In this document: in pieces, positions 30,255 to 38,540 of the stretch
Position numbering within the stretch: position 1 is the first letter of the stretch
How the letters are laid out: each line of letters begins with the position of its first letter
Origin: a virus
Lineage: Duplodnaviria > Heunggongvirae > Uroviricota > Caudoviricetes
DNA length: 38,540 bases
Strand: one strand, 5' to 3'
Virus record (IMG/VR): IMGVR_UViG_2541047933_000012
The notes under the pieces: generated by a model
Told to the model about the DNA's origin: nothing
Database searches by the model: none
Seen by the model: only the letters and a program-made list of their open reading frames with translations
Made by a program: the position numbers and the translations under genes

Positions 30255-30593
30255 CTATTTCCCTGAATTTACGACGAAACTGTTCGAGCGGACTGAAGCA
30301 TTCATGCTCATAGCCTTCGCGGAGGTAGATAACCCGTTGTGTTTCCGGTTCCCAACGAATGACTCTGACGGGCACTCCGTAGTGATCTTTGAACCAGCGG
30401 TTAACTTGTCGCAAAGGACTGTCTCCTTCTGCCGGTTGAAATCACCCACAGCCCACTCAGCAAAGCTGTGGGTTACAATTTCCCTGTCACCTGGTACATT
30501 TACTGCATAGCAATACTCCACCTTCGCTTTTCCACCCGGTACAGGAAGCGCAATCAGTTGCGAGCGACGGTAGTGTGTTGTTAAACTGTTCAT
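30255..30593 (-). CDS. Hypothetical early protein
   Basis: 112-aa ORF coupled to the upstream gene by an ATGA overlap. Confidence 0.3.
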   Translation of the reverse strand: MNSLTTHYRRSQLIALPVPGGKAKVEYCYAVNVPGDREIVTHSFAEWAVGDFNRQKETVLCDKLTAGSKITTECPSESFVGNRKHNGLSTSAKAMSMNASVRSNSFVVNSGK

Positions 30594-31153
30594 GCGTTAG
30601 TTTCTCCACAGTCACGACACGCCACGGCGCCCGGAGCTGCACACTCGCGGGCGTCACTACTTTCTGAAACGCAAAAGATTTTGTAGACCAGTGCTGCATG
30701 CTCCTGCAGCTTCGAAATTGAGAGGTACAGCTCATCGTTAATTGCTGTCTTCTCATGCGGTTCCACTACACCGTCTTCAATTGCTGAACGAATCTGTTTT
30801 GAATAACTGCCGATCTGTTCAATGACCTCCAGCAGGCGTTGGTTGATATCGGCGTTGTCCACATCCTCGACGTCAGGAAGAGACACAAAGACGCCATTTG
30901 CAGACTGCGCCACAGCATCAGCAATGAAGTGAGTGCCACCAGCACGCTGTAAAACCATTGCCCATCCCAGCGGGAAAATCTGATCGCCATCTGCACGAAG
31001 GCGGTTGAATAAAGCGTTTTCTGTTACATCGAGCCAGTCAGCCGCTTCAGCGTAACCACCCGGCAACGCCGCGATCGTTTTTCTGACAGCTTTCACGTAC
31101 CACTCAGGCTGTTTTTCTATTTTCCAGTGATGCTTACCCACGATTAGCCTCAT
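30590..31153 (-). CDS. Hypothetical early protein at the cII position
   Basis: 187 aa immediately downstream of the cro-like gene; function assigned by position only. Confidence 0.3.
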   Translation of the reverse strand: MRLIVGKHHWKIEKQPEWYVKAVRKTIAALPGGYAEAADWLDVTENALFNRLRADGDQIFPLGWAMVLQRAGGTHFIADAVAQSANGVFVSLPDVEDVDNADINQRLLEVIEQIGSYSKQIRSAIEDGVVEPHEKTAINDELYLSISKLQEHAALVYKIFCVSESSDARECAAPGAVACRDCGETNA

Positions 31154-31184
31154 CGTTCTGTGGTTAAAAATTGAAAGTGTTCTG

Positions 31185-31385
31185 CTAATCTTTCGGATAG
31201 ATATCCGGTCTTAAGTCAGATTTCGTAATTGCACCTGACGTGCATTGCTCAAGTTTTTTAGCCAGCACAAAACTGGCTTTTTTATAGCCATTGAAAACCA
31301 GCCGTAAGTAGCCAGGTGTTGAGCCAACTTTTCCGGCCAACTCGCCCTGCTGTTCTTTGGTTAAAGAGTCCCAATACGCTTTCAT
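31185..31385 (-). CDS. cro: Cro-like HTH repressor
   Basis: 66 aa from the ATG at 31385 with GGAGG upstream; divergent from cI across the operator region. Confidence 0.5.
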   Translation of the reverse strand: MKAYWDSLTKEQQGELAGKVGSTPGYLRLVFNGYKKASFVLAKKLEQCTSGAITKSDLRPDIYPKD

Positions 31386-31391
31386 ACAATG

Positions 31392-31458
31392 TGTACCTCC
31401 GGTGTACATATTACATGATTGAAATGAACCTTCAAGATACTTGTACCTTAACGGTACA
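31392..31458. promoter_or_regulatory. OR region: two 17-bp palindromic operators with overlapping PR and candidate PRM
   Basis: TGTAC-ctccggt-GTACA (31392-31408) and TGTAC-cttaacg-GTACA (31442-31458). Minus-strand PR reads TTGAAG-N16-TAATAT; plus-strand candidate PRM reads TTGTAC-N16-TTTAAT, ending 8 bp before the cI ATG, which has no ribosome-binding site. Confidence 0.5.
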
Positions 31459-31475
31459 AGGGTTTTAATTTCGTT

Positions 31476-32150
31476 ATGAAAACAATCCATGACATCCGGC
31501 GGTCTAACGCCAGAAAACTGAGAGATGGTGTTGGCGGGAATTCTTCCTTTGCCACTATGATTGATCGCGAGCCAACCCAGACCAGCAGGTTTATGGGAGA
31601 TGGTGCTACTAAAAATATCGGTGACAGCATGGCACGACACATCGAAAAATGTTTCGACCTGCCTGTCGGATGGCTCGATCAAGAACACCAGACAACGAAC
31701 ATCACAAAAAAACCTGATGTTTCAATCACTAATAAACAAATCACATTAGTCCCTGTCATATCATGGGTACAGGCCGGAGCATGGAAAGAAGTTGGATATT
31801 CTGAGGTTGATTTGAGCACAGCAGAAACGTATCCCTGCCCTGTACCCTGTGGGGAAATGACTTATATCTTGCGGGTGATAGGTGATTCAATGATTGATGA
31901 GTACCGCCCGGGAGACATGATTTTTGTCGATCCTGAAGTACCTGCCTGCCACGGTGACGACGTTATTGCATTGATGCACGATACAGGTGAAACCACCTTC
32001 AAAAGGTTGATAGAAGATGGGACACAGCGTTATCTCAAAGCGTTAAACCCAAACTGGCCTGAGCCTTACATTAAGATCAACGGTAATTGCTCTATAATTG
32101 GTACTGTGATTTTCTCAGGAAAACCAAGAAGATACAAAATCAAAGCCTAA
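31476..32150 (+). CDS. cI: CI-like repressor with S24 (LexA-type) autopeptidase domain
   Basis: 224 aa with N-terminal HTH and C-terminal S24 hallmarks (VIGDSM Ser, downstream Lys). Confidence 0.8.
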   Translation: MKTIHDIRRSNARKLRDGVGGNSSFATMIDREPTQTSRFMGDGATKNIGDSMARHIEKCFDLPVGWLDQEHQTTNITKKPDVSITNKQITLVPVISWVQAGAWKEVGYSEVDLSTAETYPCPVPCGEMTYILRVIGDSMIDEYRPGDMIFVDPEVPACHGDDVIALMHDTGETTFKRLIEDGTQRYLKALNPNWPEPYIKINGNCSIIGTVIFSGKPRRYKIKA

Positions 32151-32162
32151 TCAATGTTTATG

Positions 32163-32186
32163 AACCTGCTTCGGCAGGTTTTTTTA
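32163..32186 (+). terminator. Intrinsic terminator after cI
   Basis: AACCTGC-ttcg-GCAGGTT followed by TTTTT. Confidence 0.65.
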
Positions 32187-32188
32187 TA

Positions 32189-32221
32189 CTTGACAATGTA
32201 CCTTTGAGATACATAATGTAC
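32189..32221 (+). promoter_or_regulatory. Operator-overlapped consensus promoter (PL-like or sRNA promoter)
   Basis: TTGACA (32190-32195), 16-bp spacer, CATAAT (32212-32217); a third operator-like site TGTAC-ctttgag-ATACA (32197-32213) lies between them. Confidence 0.4.
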
Positions 32222-32301
32222 CCAAGAGAAACAACAAACAGGCAGGACGCCCACGAAGTAGCCGCCTGGGGCATATGAAGTCCAGGATGATTCGTTAGCA
32301 A

Positions 32302-32324
32302 CAAAAAAGCGCCCTATAGGACGC
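32302..32324 (-). terminator. Intrinsic terminator downstream of the DUF1311-like gene
   Basis: Minus-strand GCGTCC-TATA-GGGCGC stem (one G-U pair) followed by TTTTTT. Confidence 0.5.
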
Positions 32325-32352
32325 TTCGCTCTTTAACAATCTGGATGACTTA

Positions 32353-32865
32353 TTACTCAGATTTGAACTTTGGTTCTGGCAAAAGAGGAGGAGTTGAGTC
32401 CTCGAATCGTAGCCAGTGCTCCCAGATATCGTGGGATTGTAATTCCAGAAGACCAATTTGACGTGATGCAACTGCAGTGCCAGCTATAGTTCCTCCTGCA
32501 TAATCAACCTGGACGGACTTTGACGCTTTCTCAATTAATTCTGTCCAAGCTTCACTTTCCGCGTTAAAAGAAGCAGTTAATTCCTGCAGACGCTGTGGAT
32601 CATCCTTGTTGTCTTGTTTCAAACGATTCAGGGCGGCCACCGAATACTTATTCTTAACCCAACTAACCTGAGCTAACTGAACTCTCTGACAAGCGTCCAT
32701 ATCAGTAGTTGTTTCCTGAGGCATATCAAAGCAGGAAATAAAAAAAGTCTCAACACCATCATTTAGACTACTGCTCGGCTGGTTCAAAGCATCAGAAGCA
32801 TTGGATGCTATCGGTATTATCAGTGCTACCGACAGAATCAAACGTTTAACATAAATCGCTCCCAT
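32353..32865 (-). CDS. Secreted DUF1311-like (LprI-type) protein
   Basis: 170 aa with N-terminal signal-peptide-like segment; convergent with cI and has its own terminator. Confidence 0.4.
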   Translation of the reverse strand: MGAIYVKRLILSVALIIPIASNASDALNQPSSSLNDGVETFFISCFDMPQETTTDMDACQRVQLAQVSWVKNKYSVAALNRLKQDNKDDPQRLQELTASFNAESEAWTELIEKASKSVQVDYAGGTIAGTAVASRQIGLLELQSHDIWEHWLRFEDSTPPLLPEPKFKSE

Positions 32866-33196
32866 TTAATTATCCCCTCTAAGAACAGAGTCATCCAGAT
32901 TAGCCGAATCCTTGTTGTTGGGGAATAACCAGGCCCACCTCGCCTGATGTGGCTAAAAGCAGGCACATAACAGCTAAGTATTTTCAACCAGAGAGAATCC
33001 TTAGCGTTGTGGTGAATGCGGCTCAGCGCACGCGGGTTAAGGTTGAGGCTGACAGTCGACCTTCTGTGGATACCCACCCGCCTGGTGTGCAACCTTCGCC
33101 AGGCACCGGGAGGCACCCGGCACCACAACTTTATGCTGTGTGTAGTCCTGGCGGTACCAGCTTGTACCCTTGCTTCCGGCTGGTACCGCTCTTTTT

Positions 33197-33285
33197 ACAA
33201 AACAGAGAAGAGCATCACCGGACGACGGGCTCATAACCCAATCCACCCGGGCGGCTGCCACCGCAGGTGTTCTTCTCTGTTTTGT
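33197..33285 (+). ncRNA. Long perfect inverted repeat in the early-left leader (structured RNA candidate)
   Basis: ACAAAACAGAGAAGA (33197-33211) pairs perfectly with TCTTCTCTGTTTTGT (33271-33285) around a 59-nt GC-rich loop; the stem extends to about 20 bp with G-U pairs; no U-tract follows. Confidence 0.35.
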
Positions 33286-33333
33286 GGAGAAACCAACCGA
33301 CCTTGCAGGGTCGATATGATGAGGAGCAGCAAA

Positions 33334-33696
33334 ATGGCTAGCGAACGCAGTACCAACGTGCAGGAATTTATCGGGGAGCTGGACGGCGGCGTATTTGAAA
33401 CCAAAATCGGCGCAGTTCTCAGTGAAGTCGCTTCCGGTGTGATGAACACGAAAACCAAAGGTAAGGTCTCGCTCAACCTGGAAATCGAACCGTTTGATGA
33501 GAACCGTGTGAAAATAAAACACAAACTCTCATATGTTCGTCCGACTAACCGCGGGAAAATTTCCGAAGAAGACACCACCGAAACGCCGATGTATGTCAAT
33601 CGCGGTGGTCGCCTGACTATTCTGCAGGAAGACCAGGGACAATTACTGACTCTTGCCGGTGAACCTGACGGAAAACTCCGCGCAGCAGGTCATTAA
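33334..33696 (+). CDS. YfdP-like hypothetical early protein
   Basis: 120 aa from the ATG at 33334 with GAGGAG upstream; the annotated 226-aa ORF is a 5-prime overextension. Confidence 0.45.
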   Translation: MASERSTNVQEFIGELDGGVFETKIGAVLSEVASGVMNTKTKGKVSLNLEIEPFDENRVKIKHKLSYVRPTNRGKISEEDTTETPMYVNRGGRLTILQEDQGQLLTLAGEPDGKLRAAGH

Positions 33697-33761
33697 TATC
33701 GTTCTTAATTAACTGATTATTTATCTCATCACTGAATATCTTTATATAGTGAGGACTTATT

Positions 33762-34586
33762 ATGTCTCAGAACTTAGACGCAACCGCAATTAATCAAATC
33801 CATGCCCTTATTTCTGCTCAGGGTGTTAATGAAATTATCAGTAAGATTGGTGCCGACGCAGTGGCATTACCTGAAAATTTCCGCATTCATGATCTGGAAA
33901 AATTTAATTTAAATCGCTTCCGTTTCCGTGGTGCGCTTTCCACTGCCAGCATCGATGACTTTACCCGTTATTCTAAAGATCTTGCGGATGAAGGCACCCG
34001 CTGCTTTATCGATGCCGATAATATGCGTGCCGTCAGTGTGCTTAACCTGGGTACTATTGATGAGCCTGGTCACGCAGATAACACCGCCACTCTCAAACTG
34101 AAAAAGACAGCACCGTTCTCTGCTCTGTTGTCTGTTAACGGCGAGCGTAACTCCCAGAAGTCACTGGCAGAATGGATTGAAGACTGGGCCGACTACCTTG
34201 TGGGCTTTGATGCTAATGGTGATGCCATTCAGGCAACAAAAGCGGCTGCGGCAGTCCGTAAAATCACGATTGAAGCAAACCAGACCGCTGATTTTGAAGA
34301 CAATGACTTCAGCGGCAAACGCTCCCTGATGGAGTCTGTCGAAGCGAAGACCAAAGATATTATGCCAGTGGCATTTGAATTTAAATGCGTTCCGTTTGAA
34401 GGCCTGAAAGAACGTCCGTTTAAATTACGCCTCAGCATTATCACTGGCGATCGTCCTGTACTGGTTCTGCGCATTATTCAGCTGGAAGCAGTGCAGGAAG
34501 AAATGGCTAACGAATTTCGTGATCTGCTTGTTGAGAAATTCAAGGACAGCAAAGTAGAAACCTTTATTGGTACTTTTACCGCCTGA
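33762..34586 (+). CDS. yfdQ: YfdQ-like protein (DUF2303)
   Basis: 274 aa; sequence and order match the CPS-53-type YfdP/Q/R block as recalled. Confidence 0.55.
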   Translation: MSQNLDATAINQIHALISAQGVNEIISKIGADAVALPENFRIHDLEKFNLNRFRFRGALSTASIDDFTRYSKDLADEGTRCFIDADNMRAVSVLNLGTIDEPGHADNTATLKLKKTAPFSALLSVNGERNSQKSLAEWIEDWADYLVGFDANGDAIQATKAAAAVRKITIEANQTADFEDNDFSGKRSLMESVEAKTKDIMPVAFEFKCVPFEGLKERPFKLRLSIITGDRPVLVLRIIQLEAVQEEMANEFRDLLVEKFKDSKVETFIGTFTA

Positions 34587-34713
34587 TTTCATTACTGCAA
34601 ATGCCCCTGCGGGGGCATTTATGGAAACGTAATTGACTCAATAATCGCCGGATGGTGAGGGCTTTCTTTTACCAGAATTCAGCGCGGTGCAGCGCATATA
34701 CGTGGAGAACAAA

Positions 34714-35238
34714 ATGTCATTTATTAAAACTTTTTCCGGGAAGCATTTTTATTATGACAGGATAAATAAAGACGACATCGTTATTAACGATATCGCGGTT
34801 TCTCTTTCAAATATCTGTCGCTTTGCAGGACATCTTTCACATTTCTACAGCGTCGCCCAACATGCGGTGCTTTGCAGCCAACTGGTACCGCAGGAATTTG
34901 CTTTTGAAGCGTTAATGCATGATGCAACAGAAGCGTATTGCCAGGACATCCCGGCGCCACTGAAACGCCTTCTTCCTGACTATAAACGGATGGAAGAAAA
35001 AATAGACGCCGTAATCCGTGAGAAATACGGGTTACCCCCGGTTATGAGTACGCCCGTGAAATATGCCGATCTCATCATGCTGGCAACCGAACGCCGCGAT
35101 CTCGGGCTTGATGATGGCTCTTTCTGGCCCGTACTGGAAGGTATCCCGGCAACAGAGATGTTCAAAGTTATTCCACTGTCGCCAGGCCATACCTATGGGA
35201 TGTTTATGGAACGCTTTAAAGAGTTAACTGAGTCGTAA
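34714..35238 (+). CDS. yfdR: YfdR-like HD-domain phosphohydrolase
   Basis: HD motif (H...HD in SVAQHAVL...MHDATE); start taken at the ATG at 34714 with GGAG upstream. Confidence 0.6.
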   Translation: MSFIKTFSGKHFYYDRINKDDIVINDIAVSLSNICRFAGHLSHFYSVAQHAVLCSQLVPQEFAFEALMHDATEAYCQDIPAPLKRLLPDYKRMEEKIDAVIREKYGLPPVMSTPVKYADLIMLATERRDLGLDDGSFWPVLEGIPATEMFKVIPLSPGHTYGMFMERFKELTES

Positions 35239-35346
35239 AAATCAGCACGTACGAATTCAAACTCTGCCATAAAAGAACATATAAGTAATTTATTAACATA
35301 TAGATATAGGTTATATTACAAATTGAAAAATTATTGGAGAGCAACA

Positions 35347-36213
35347 ATGAATCAAAATCCATTCTCATTCTATGACTTTCTTGGATATTTAATACCAGGT
35401 GGTTTTTTTATCCTATTAATGTATTTCTGTGGTTTGACATTCGATCTAGATATTGTTATTGACTTAAGTGAATTGCTCAGAGGTCAAAGTCAAATCTTTG
35501 GCATTTTGAACTACGCTTCAATAGTTATTATATCTTATATAGCTGGACATTTTATTTCTATCACGTCAGCATTTTTTATCGAAAAATACATGAATAAAGA
35601 ATTAGGATATCCTTCCAAATATCTATTTAAAAAATTGATAGATACCTCAGAAAGCATTTGTAGCCCATCATGCGATGAGAGAAGCGCTGATAAAAAAACA
35701 AAAATAAAGAATCGCATAATCAAATGCGTATTATGTCCAATAATACTATGGGATTTTATAACACAAAAACTATGTTATTCTCAATCTCTACCATTTCATT
35801 TAGCTAATACAACATGGTTAATGATCAAAGAAGGTTATGAGAAAAAGTTCATAACAAATCGCCAATTATTACAAGATAAAAACGGACTTGATGATGATCT
35901 CTTCAGATTGGCATATCATTATGTTTATGAGTTTTCAAAACAACATCAAACAAAAATTCAAAACTATGTTGCATTATATGGTTTTTGCAGAAACATATGT
36001 TTAATCTTTATAATTTCATTTTGGGTATCAGTTCCAACCTTTATTTATCGATTATGTACTCATAGTGATTATCTTTATAGTTTACTTTCAATAATGCTTA
36101 GCTTTTTCTTCGTCTATGTTTTCTATGTTGGTTTTGTTAAATTTTATAGAAGATATACTTTAGAAGTATTAATGGCATTTGCTGTACTTCAAAGTAACGA
36201 CACTATTCGTTAA
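35347..36213 (+). CDS. Multi-pass membrane protein (AT-rich moron), unknown function
   Basis: About 288 aa from the ATG at 35347 with GGAG upstream; at least five hydrophobic TM-like segments; visibly AT-rich. Confidence 0.5.
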   Translation: MNQNPFSFYDFLGYLIPGGFFILLMYFCGLTFDLDIVIDLSELLRGQSQIFGILNYASIVIISYIAGHFISITSAFFIEKYMNKELGYPSKYLFKKLIDTSESICSPSCDERSADKKTKIKNRIIKCVLCPIILWDFITQKLCYSQSLPFHLANTTWLMIKEGYEKKFITNRQLLQDKNGLDDDLFRLAYHYVYEFSKQHQTKIQNYVALYGFCRNICLIFIISFWVSVPTFIYRLCTHSDYLYSLLSIMLSFFFVYVFYVGFVKFYRRYTLEVLMAFAVLQSNDTIR

Positions 36214-36254
36214 TAATGTTGCTCCCGTGTGCAGACGGGATAATGGAGAAACGT

Positions 36255-36461
36255 ATGCTGAACCTCGATTGTGTTCCTATCTCAACTTATTGCAAAGAAA
36301 CTGGCGAAACTCCTGAAGCAATAAACAAACGTGTACAGCGCGGTGTTTGGCGTGAAGGTGTTCAGGTTTTAAAGGTTGAAGGCGTTAAGGAGAGGTGGAT
36401 TGATCTTAGTGAGGTTGCAAAATGGGCCAGACAAAACTGCTCAAACTACCGCGCGGCGTAA
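36255..36461 (+). CDS. Excisionase-like small DNA-binding protein
   Basis: 68 aa from the ATG at 36255 with GGAG upstream; its 3-prime end overlaps the integrase start. Confidence 0.4.
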   Translation: MLNLDCVPISTYCKETGETPEAINKRVQRGVWREGVQVLKVEGVKERWIDLSEVAKWARQNCSNYRAA

Positions 36462-37594
36462 CAATCAGGAAACACCACCAGGGAGAAACGATCAATATAA
36501 CTTTCACCTACAAAGGAGTTAGATGTCGTGAGCCGCTTTCCAATCTGGAAGTAACACCAAAGAACATTAAATACGCCGAGCGTACACTCGGCGAAATCCA
36601 TAATAAGATCGAAAGGGGAACATTCATTTATGCAGAATATTTTCCCCGTTCTGCTCGTTTGAAAATTTTTGGTAATGCTGCTGCAAGCAAAACGGTAAAG
36701 ATGTACCTGGACGAATATCTTGAAATCTGCGAAACAAGAAAACTTTCACCCTCTACGATTGGTGGCTATAAAAAATGCCGTAGTGCGTTAGCCTCACTTC
36801 ACATTTGCCCTGCAAGTGAATTAACACCAGCAACCCTGAAAGCGTGGATTCAAAGCCAGAAAACAACCTTAAAAACCATTCGCAACCAGTTATCTTTCCT
36901 ACGGTCAGCACTTGATGAAGCCGTGACCGATGGGGTACTTCAAATTAACCCCGTATCGTTAGTAACAGCTTCGCGCTACCAAAGTGATAAGTCAGAAGCA
37001 GAAAGCAGCTATGTGGTTGATCCGCTATCACCAGCAGAAGTTGATGCATTACTAGCAGCAGCCGGAAACAAACAATGGGAAAATCTGTTCCGGTTCGCCA
37101 TACATACAGGCCTGCGTAGTTCTGAATTATGTGCCCTACGATGGCATGATATCGACTTTGTTGGAAAAACAGCCCATGTTCAGAGCGCAAGTGTTGTCGG
37201 AGTTATCAAAGGAACAAAGACAAAAGCCGGTACCCGTAAAGTTGAACTGACTGAAGAAGCAATGTTGGCGTTGATAAACCAGAAGCCATTTACATTCATG
37301 AAGGATGCTACTGTCTTTGAAGATCCAAAGACCAATAAACCCTGGGCAAGTGCTGATGCAATTAGGAAAAAAGCATGGGTGCCAACATTGCGAAAAGCAG
37401 GTATTCGTTACAGAAACCCATATCAAACCAGGCATACATTCGCCACCAGCCATATCAGCCGGGGAGCAAACCTGTTTTGGCTTGCGGCTCAAATGGGCCA
37501 TAAAGGGCCTGAAATGTTATTCAGGCACTATGGACAATACTTGAAAGAGTATGATGGGAGGGCAAGTATCAAGGATAAAAAGGCTTTATTTTAA
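36422..37594 (+). CDS. int: Tyrosine integrase (lambda Int family)
   Basis: 390 aa with N-terminal arm-binding-like domain and C-terminal catalytic R...HxxR...Y signature (RHTFATSH...RHYGQY). Confidence 0.9.
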   Translation: MGQTKLLKLPRGVTIRKHHQGETINITFTYKGVRCREPLSNLEVTPKNIKYAERTLGEIHNKIERGTFIYAEYFPRSARLKIFGNAAASKTVKMYLDEYLEICETRKLSPSTIGGYKKCRSALASLHICPASELTPATLKAWIQSQKTTLKTIRNQLSFLRSALDEAVTDGVLQINPVSLVTASRYQSDKSEAESSYVVDPLSPAEVDALLAAAGNKQWENLFRFAIHTGLRSSELCALRWHDIDFVGKTAHVQSASVVGVIKGTKTKAGTRKVELTEEAMLALINQKPFTFMKDATVFEDPKTNKPWASADAIRKKAWVPTLRKAGIRYRNPYQTRHTFATSHISRGANLFWLAAQMGHKGPEMLFRHYGQYLKEYDGRASIKDKKALF

Positions 37595-38203
37595 GTCATT
37601 ATGCCAATCGTCTACTGTTTGAAACCAAATTTTTAACCTTTGCATAAAGGTACGATCCTTTTTGGGAGGGTGGTACCTTTGAAAAGAAGTATGTAACGCT
37701 TCGATAACTCCCATACAAGCATCAATTACTTCTTGTGCTTTAACCGGGCGATCGGCATCTGAAAGCTTGTGAGCGACCTCACAATCCAGAGTTGCTTTCT
37801 CTAGTACAGATGAGAACACCTCGTCAGGTATATACAGTCCTCTGCTTTCCAAAATGCAAATCAGTTTGGAAACTTGTTGAGCTTTAGCCAAGATAGTTAA
37901 CAAGTATGAAACAGAAGCCTTTGTTCTATCCTTTTGCAACCTTAACAATCGATGCTTTGATGCTCTAATTTTAGGTTGAGTTGTCTGACTGAGCCAATAG
38001 TTAGAAGAAATATCAGAAATTTCAATAACTAACTTTGAAATAGCATCAATAATTGATTTCGATTCAGAACGTGTCGCCAGTTTTACAGAATTATTGTACG
38101 CAACTCGCCATCCAATGAAAACTAAGCAGACGCTAACTACTGTGATACACCACGAATACTGTCCTATTTGTGCTACTAATGACATTGGTTCCGTACTGAT
38201 CAA
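37586..38203 (-). CDS. Hypothetical N-terminally membrane-anchored protein (cassette gene 2)
   Basis: 205 aa with one N-terminal TM-like segment, then a charged, probably helical region; its stop overlaps the integrase 3-prime end by 9 bp. Confidence 0.4.
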   Translation of the reverse strand: MISTEPMSLVAQIGQYSWCITVVSVCLVFIGWRVAYNNSVKLATRSESKSIIDAISKLVIEISDISSNYWLSQTTQPKIRASKHRLLRLQKDRTKASVSYLLTILAKAQQVSKLICILESRGLYIPDEVFSSVLEKATLDCEVAHKLSDADRPVKAQEVIDACMGVIEALHTSFQRYHPPKKDRTFMQRLKIWFQTVDDWHNDLK

Positions 38204-38213
38204 CTATCGCCTC

Positions 38214-38540
38214 TTATACTCTTTCTGGTTGTGCTAAATCAATAAATTTATCAATCTGTTCTTTGTAGAACGGAACATCACTTTTTATAATCAAACGTGC
38301 TTTAACGTTGGCTTTAGGTATCCCTTCCTTACGGATGAGACCTCCAAACGCCTCTTCTAAGAAAGAGGAACCAACACCCAGTGCTATACCGCGAAAATCA
38401 ACCACAATCTCCTGTTCAGTACCCTTCAGCGCAGGCACCAAAAACTCTCTACGAAATCTTTCCGCACTGTGTGGGCTATCCGTTGTGTAACGTCCGAAAG
38501 GTGTTCTGGAGAACTCCTTCGCTATGACGATATTTCTCAT
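38214..38540 (-). CDS. Small STAS-like (DUF4325-like) protein (cassette gene 1)
   Basis: 108 aa starting at the last base of the window; the IVVDFRGI...GSSFLEEAFGGL pattern resembles DUF4325 as recalled; 10 bp upstream of cassette gene 2. Confidence 0.35.
   Translation of the reverse strand: MRNIVIAKEFSRTPFGRYTTDSPHSAERFRREFLVPALKGTEQEIVVDFRGIALGVGSSFLEEAFGGLIRKEGIPKANVKARLIIKSDVPFYKEQIDKFIDLAQPERV

Noticed and set aside
31185-31688. Full 167-aa minus-strand ORF as one gene
   Set aside because: Its N-terminal two-thirds overlaps the cI gene and operator region on the opposite strand; only the C-terminal 66 codons from the ATG at 31385 have a ribosome-binding site and cro-like character.
33016-33333. 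N-terminal 106 codons of the 226-aa plus-strand ORF
   Set aside because: There is no ribosome-binding site at 33016, the stretch is Arg/Cys-rich and overlaps the structured leader; the real start is the ATG at 33334 with GAGGAG upstream.

Overview
This window reads as a largely intact lambdoid prophage of at least 35 kb (about 3.0 kb to the right edge), flanked on the left by about 3 kb of degraded mobile/defense DNA. All calls are from reading the sequence and ORF track; no searches or computations were run. Left flank: a truncated Pin-type invertase remnant (1-129), a DUF262/DUF1524 GmrSD-like type IV restriction candidate (225-2174, minus), a frameshifted dinI-like gene with two LexA boxes (2539-2776) and an orphan 3-prime fragment of tRNA-Pro (2959-3015) that looks like attR. 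Prophage, mostly on the minus strand: a GIY-YIG nuclease gene fused at its 3-prime end to an IS26-like element (3712-4537) that also cuts off the tail-fibre gene; a Mu-like contractile tail (baseplate, circularization protein, tape measure, frameshifted chaperone, tube, sheath; 4.7-13.9 kb); an HK97-like head module (14-21.6 kb) with P27-type small terminase, large terminase and HNH endonuclease; an AT-rich moron island (22.0-23.0 kb); lambda-type lysis genes (Rz/Rz1, R-like endolysin, holin); an acidic moron; a lambda-Q-like antiterminator with a PR-prime/tR-prime unit; early genes (DUF968, KilA-N, RusA, a LexA-DNA-binding-domain-only protein, Dam methylase, PerC-like regulator, iteron-bearing O-like initiator); and a cro/cI switch with 17-bp TGTAC-N7-GTACA operators. 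The plus-strand early-left arm carries YfdP/YfdQ/YfdR-like genes, an AT-rich multi-TM membrane protein, an Xis-like gene and a lambda-type tyrosine integrase. The best candidates for uncharacterized cargo are the two-gene cassette beside int (37586-38540), the multi-TM moron (35347-36213), the acidic late-operon moron (24350-24685), the AT-rich small-ORF island (22026-22995) and the LexA-DBD/Dam/PerC-like early cargo. No CRISPR array or rRNA was seen.
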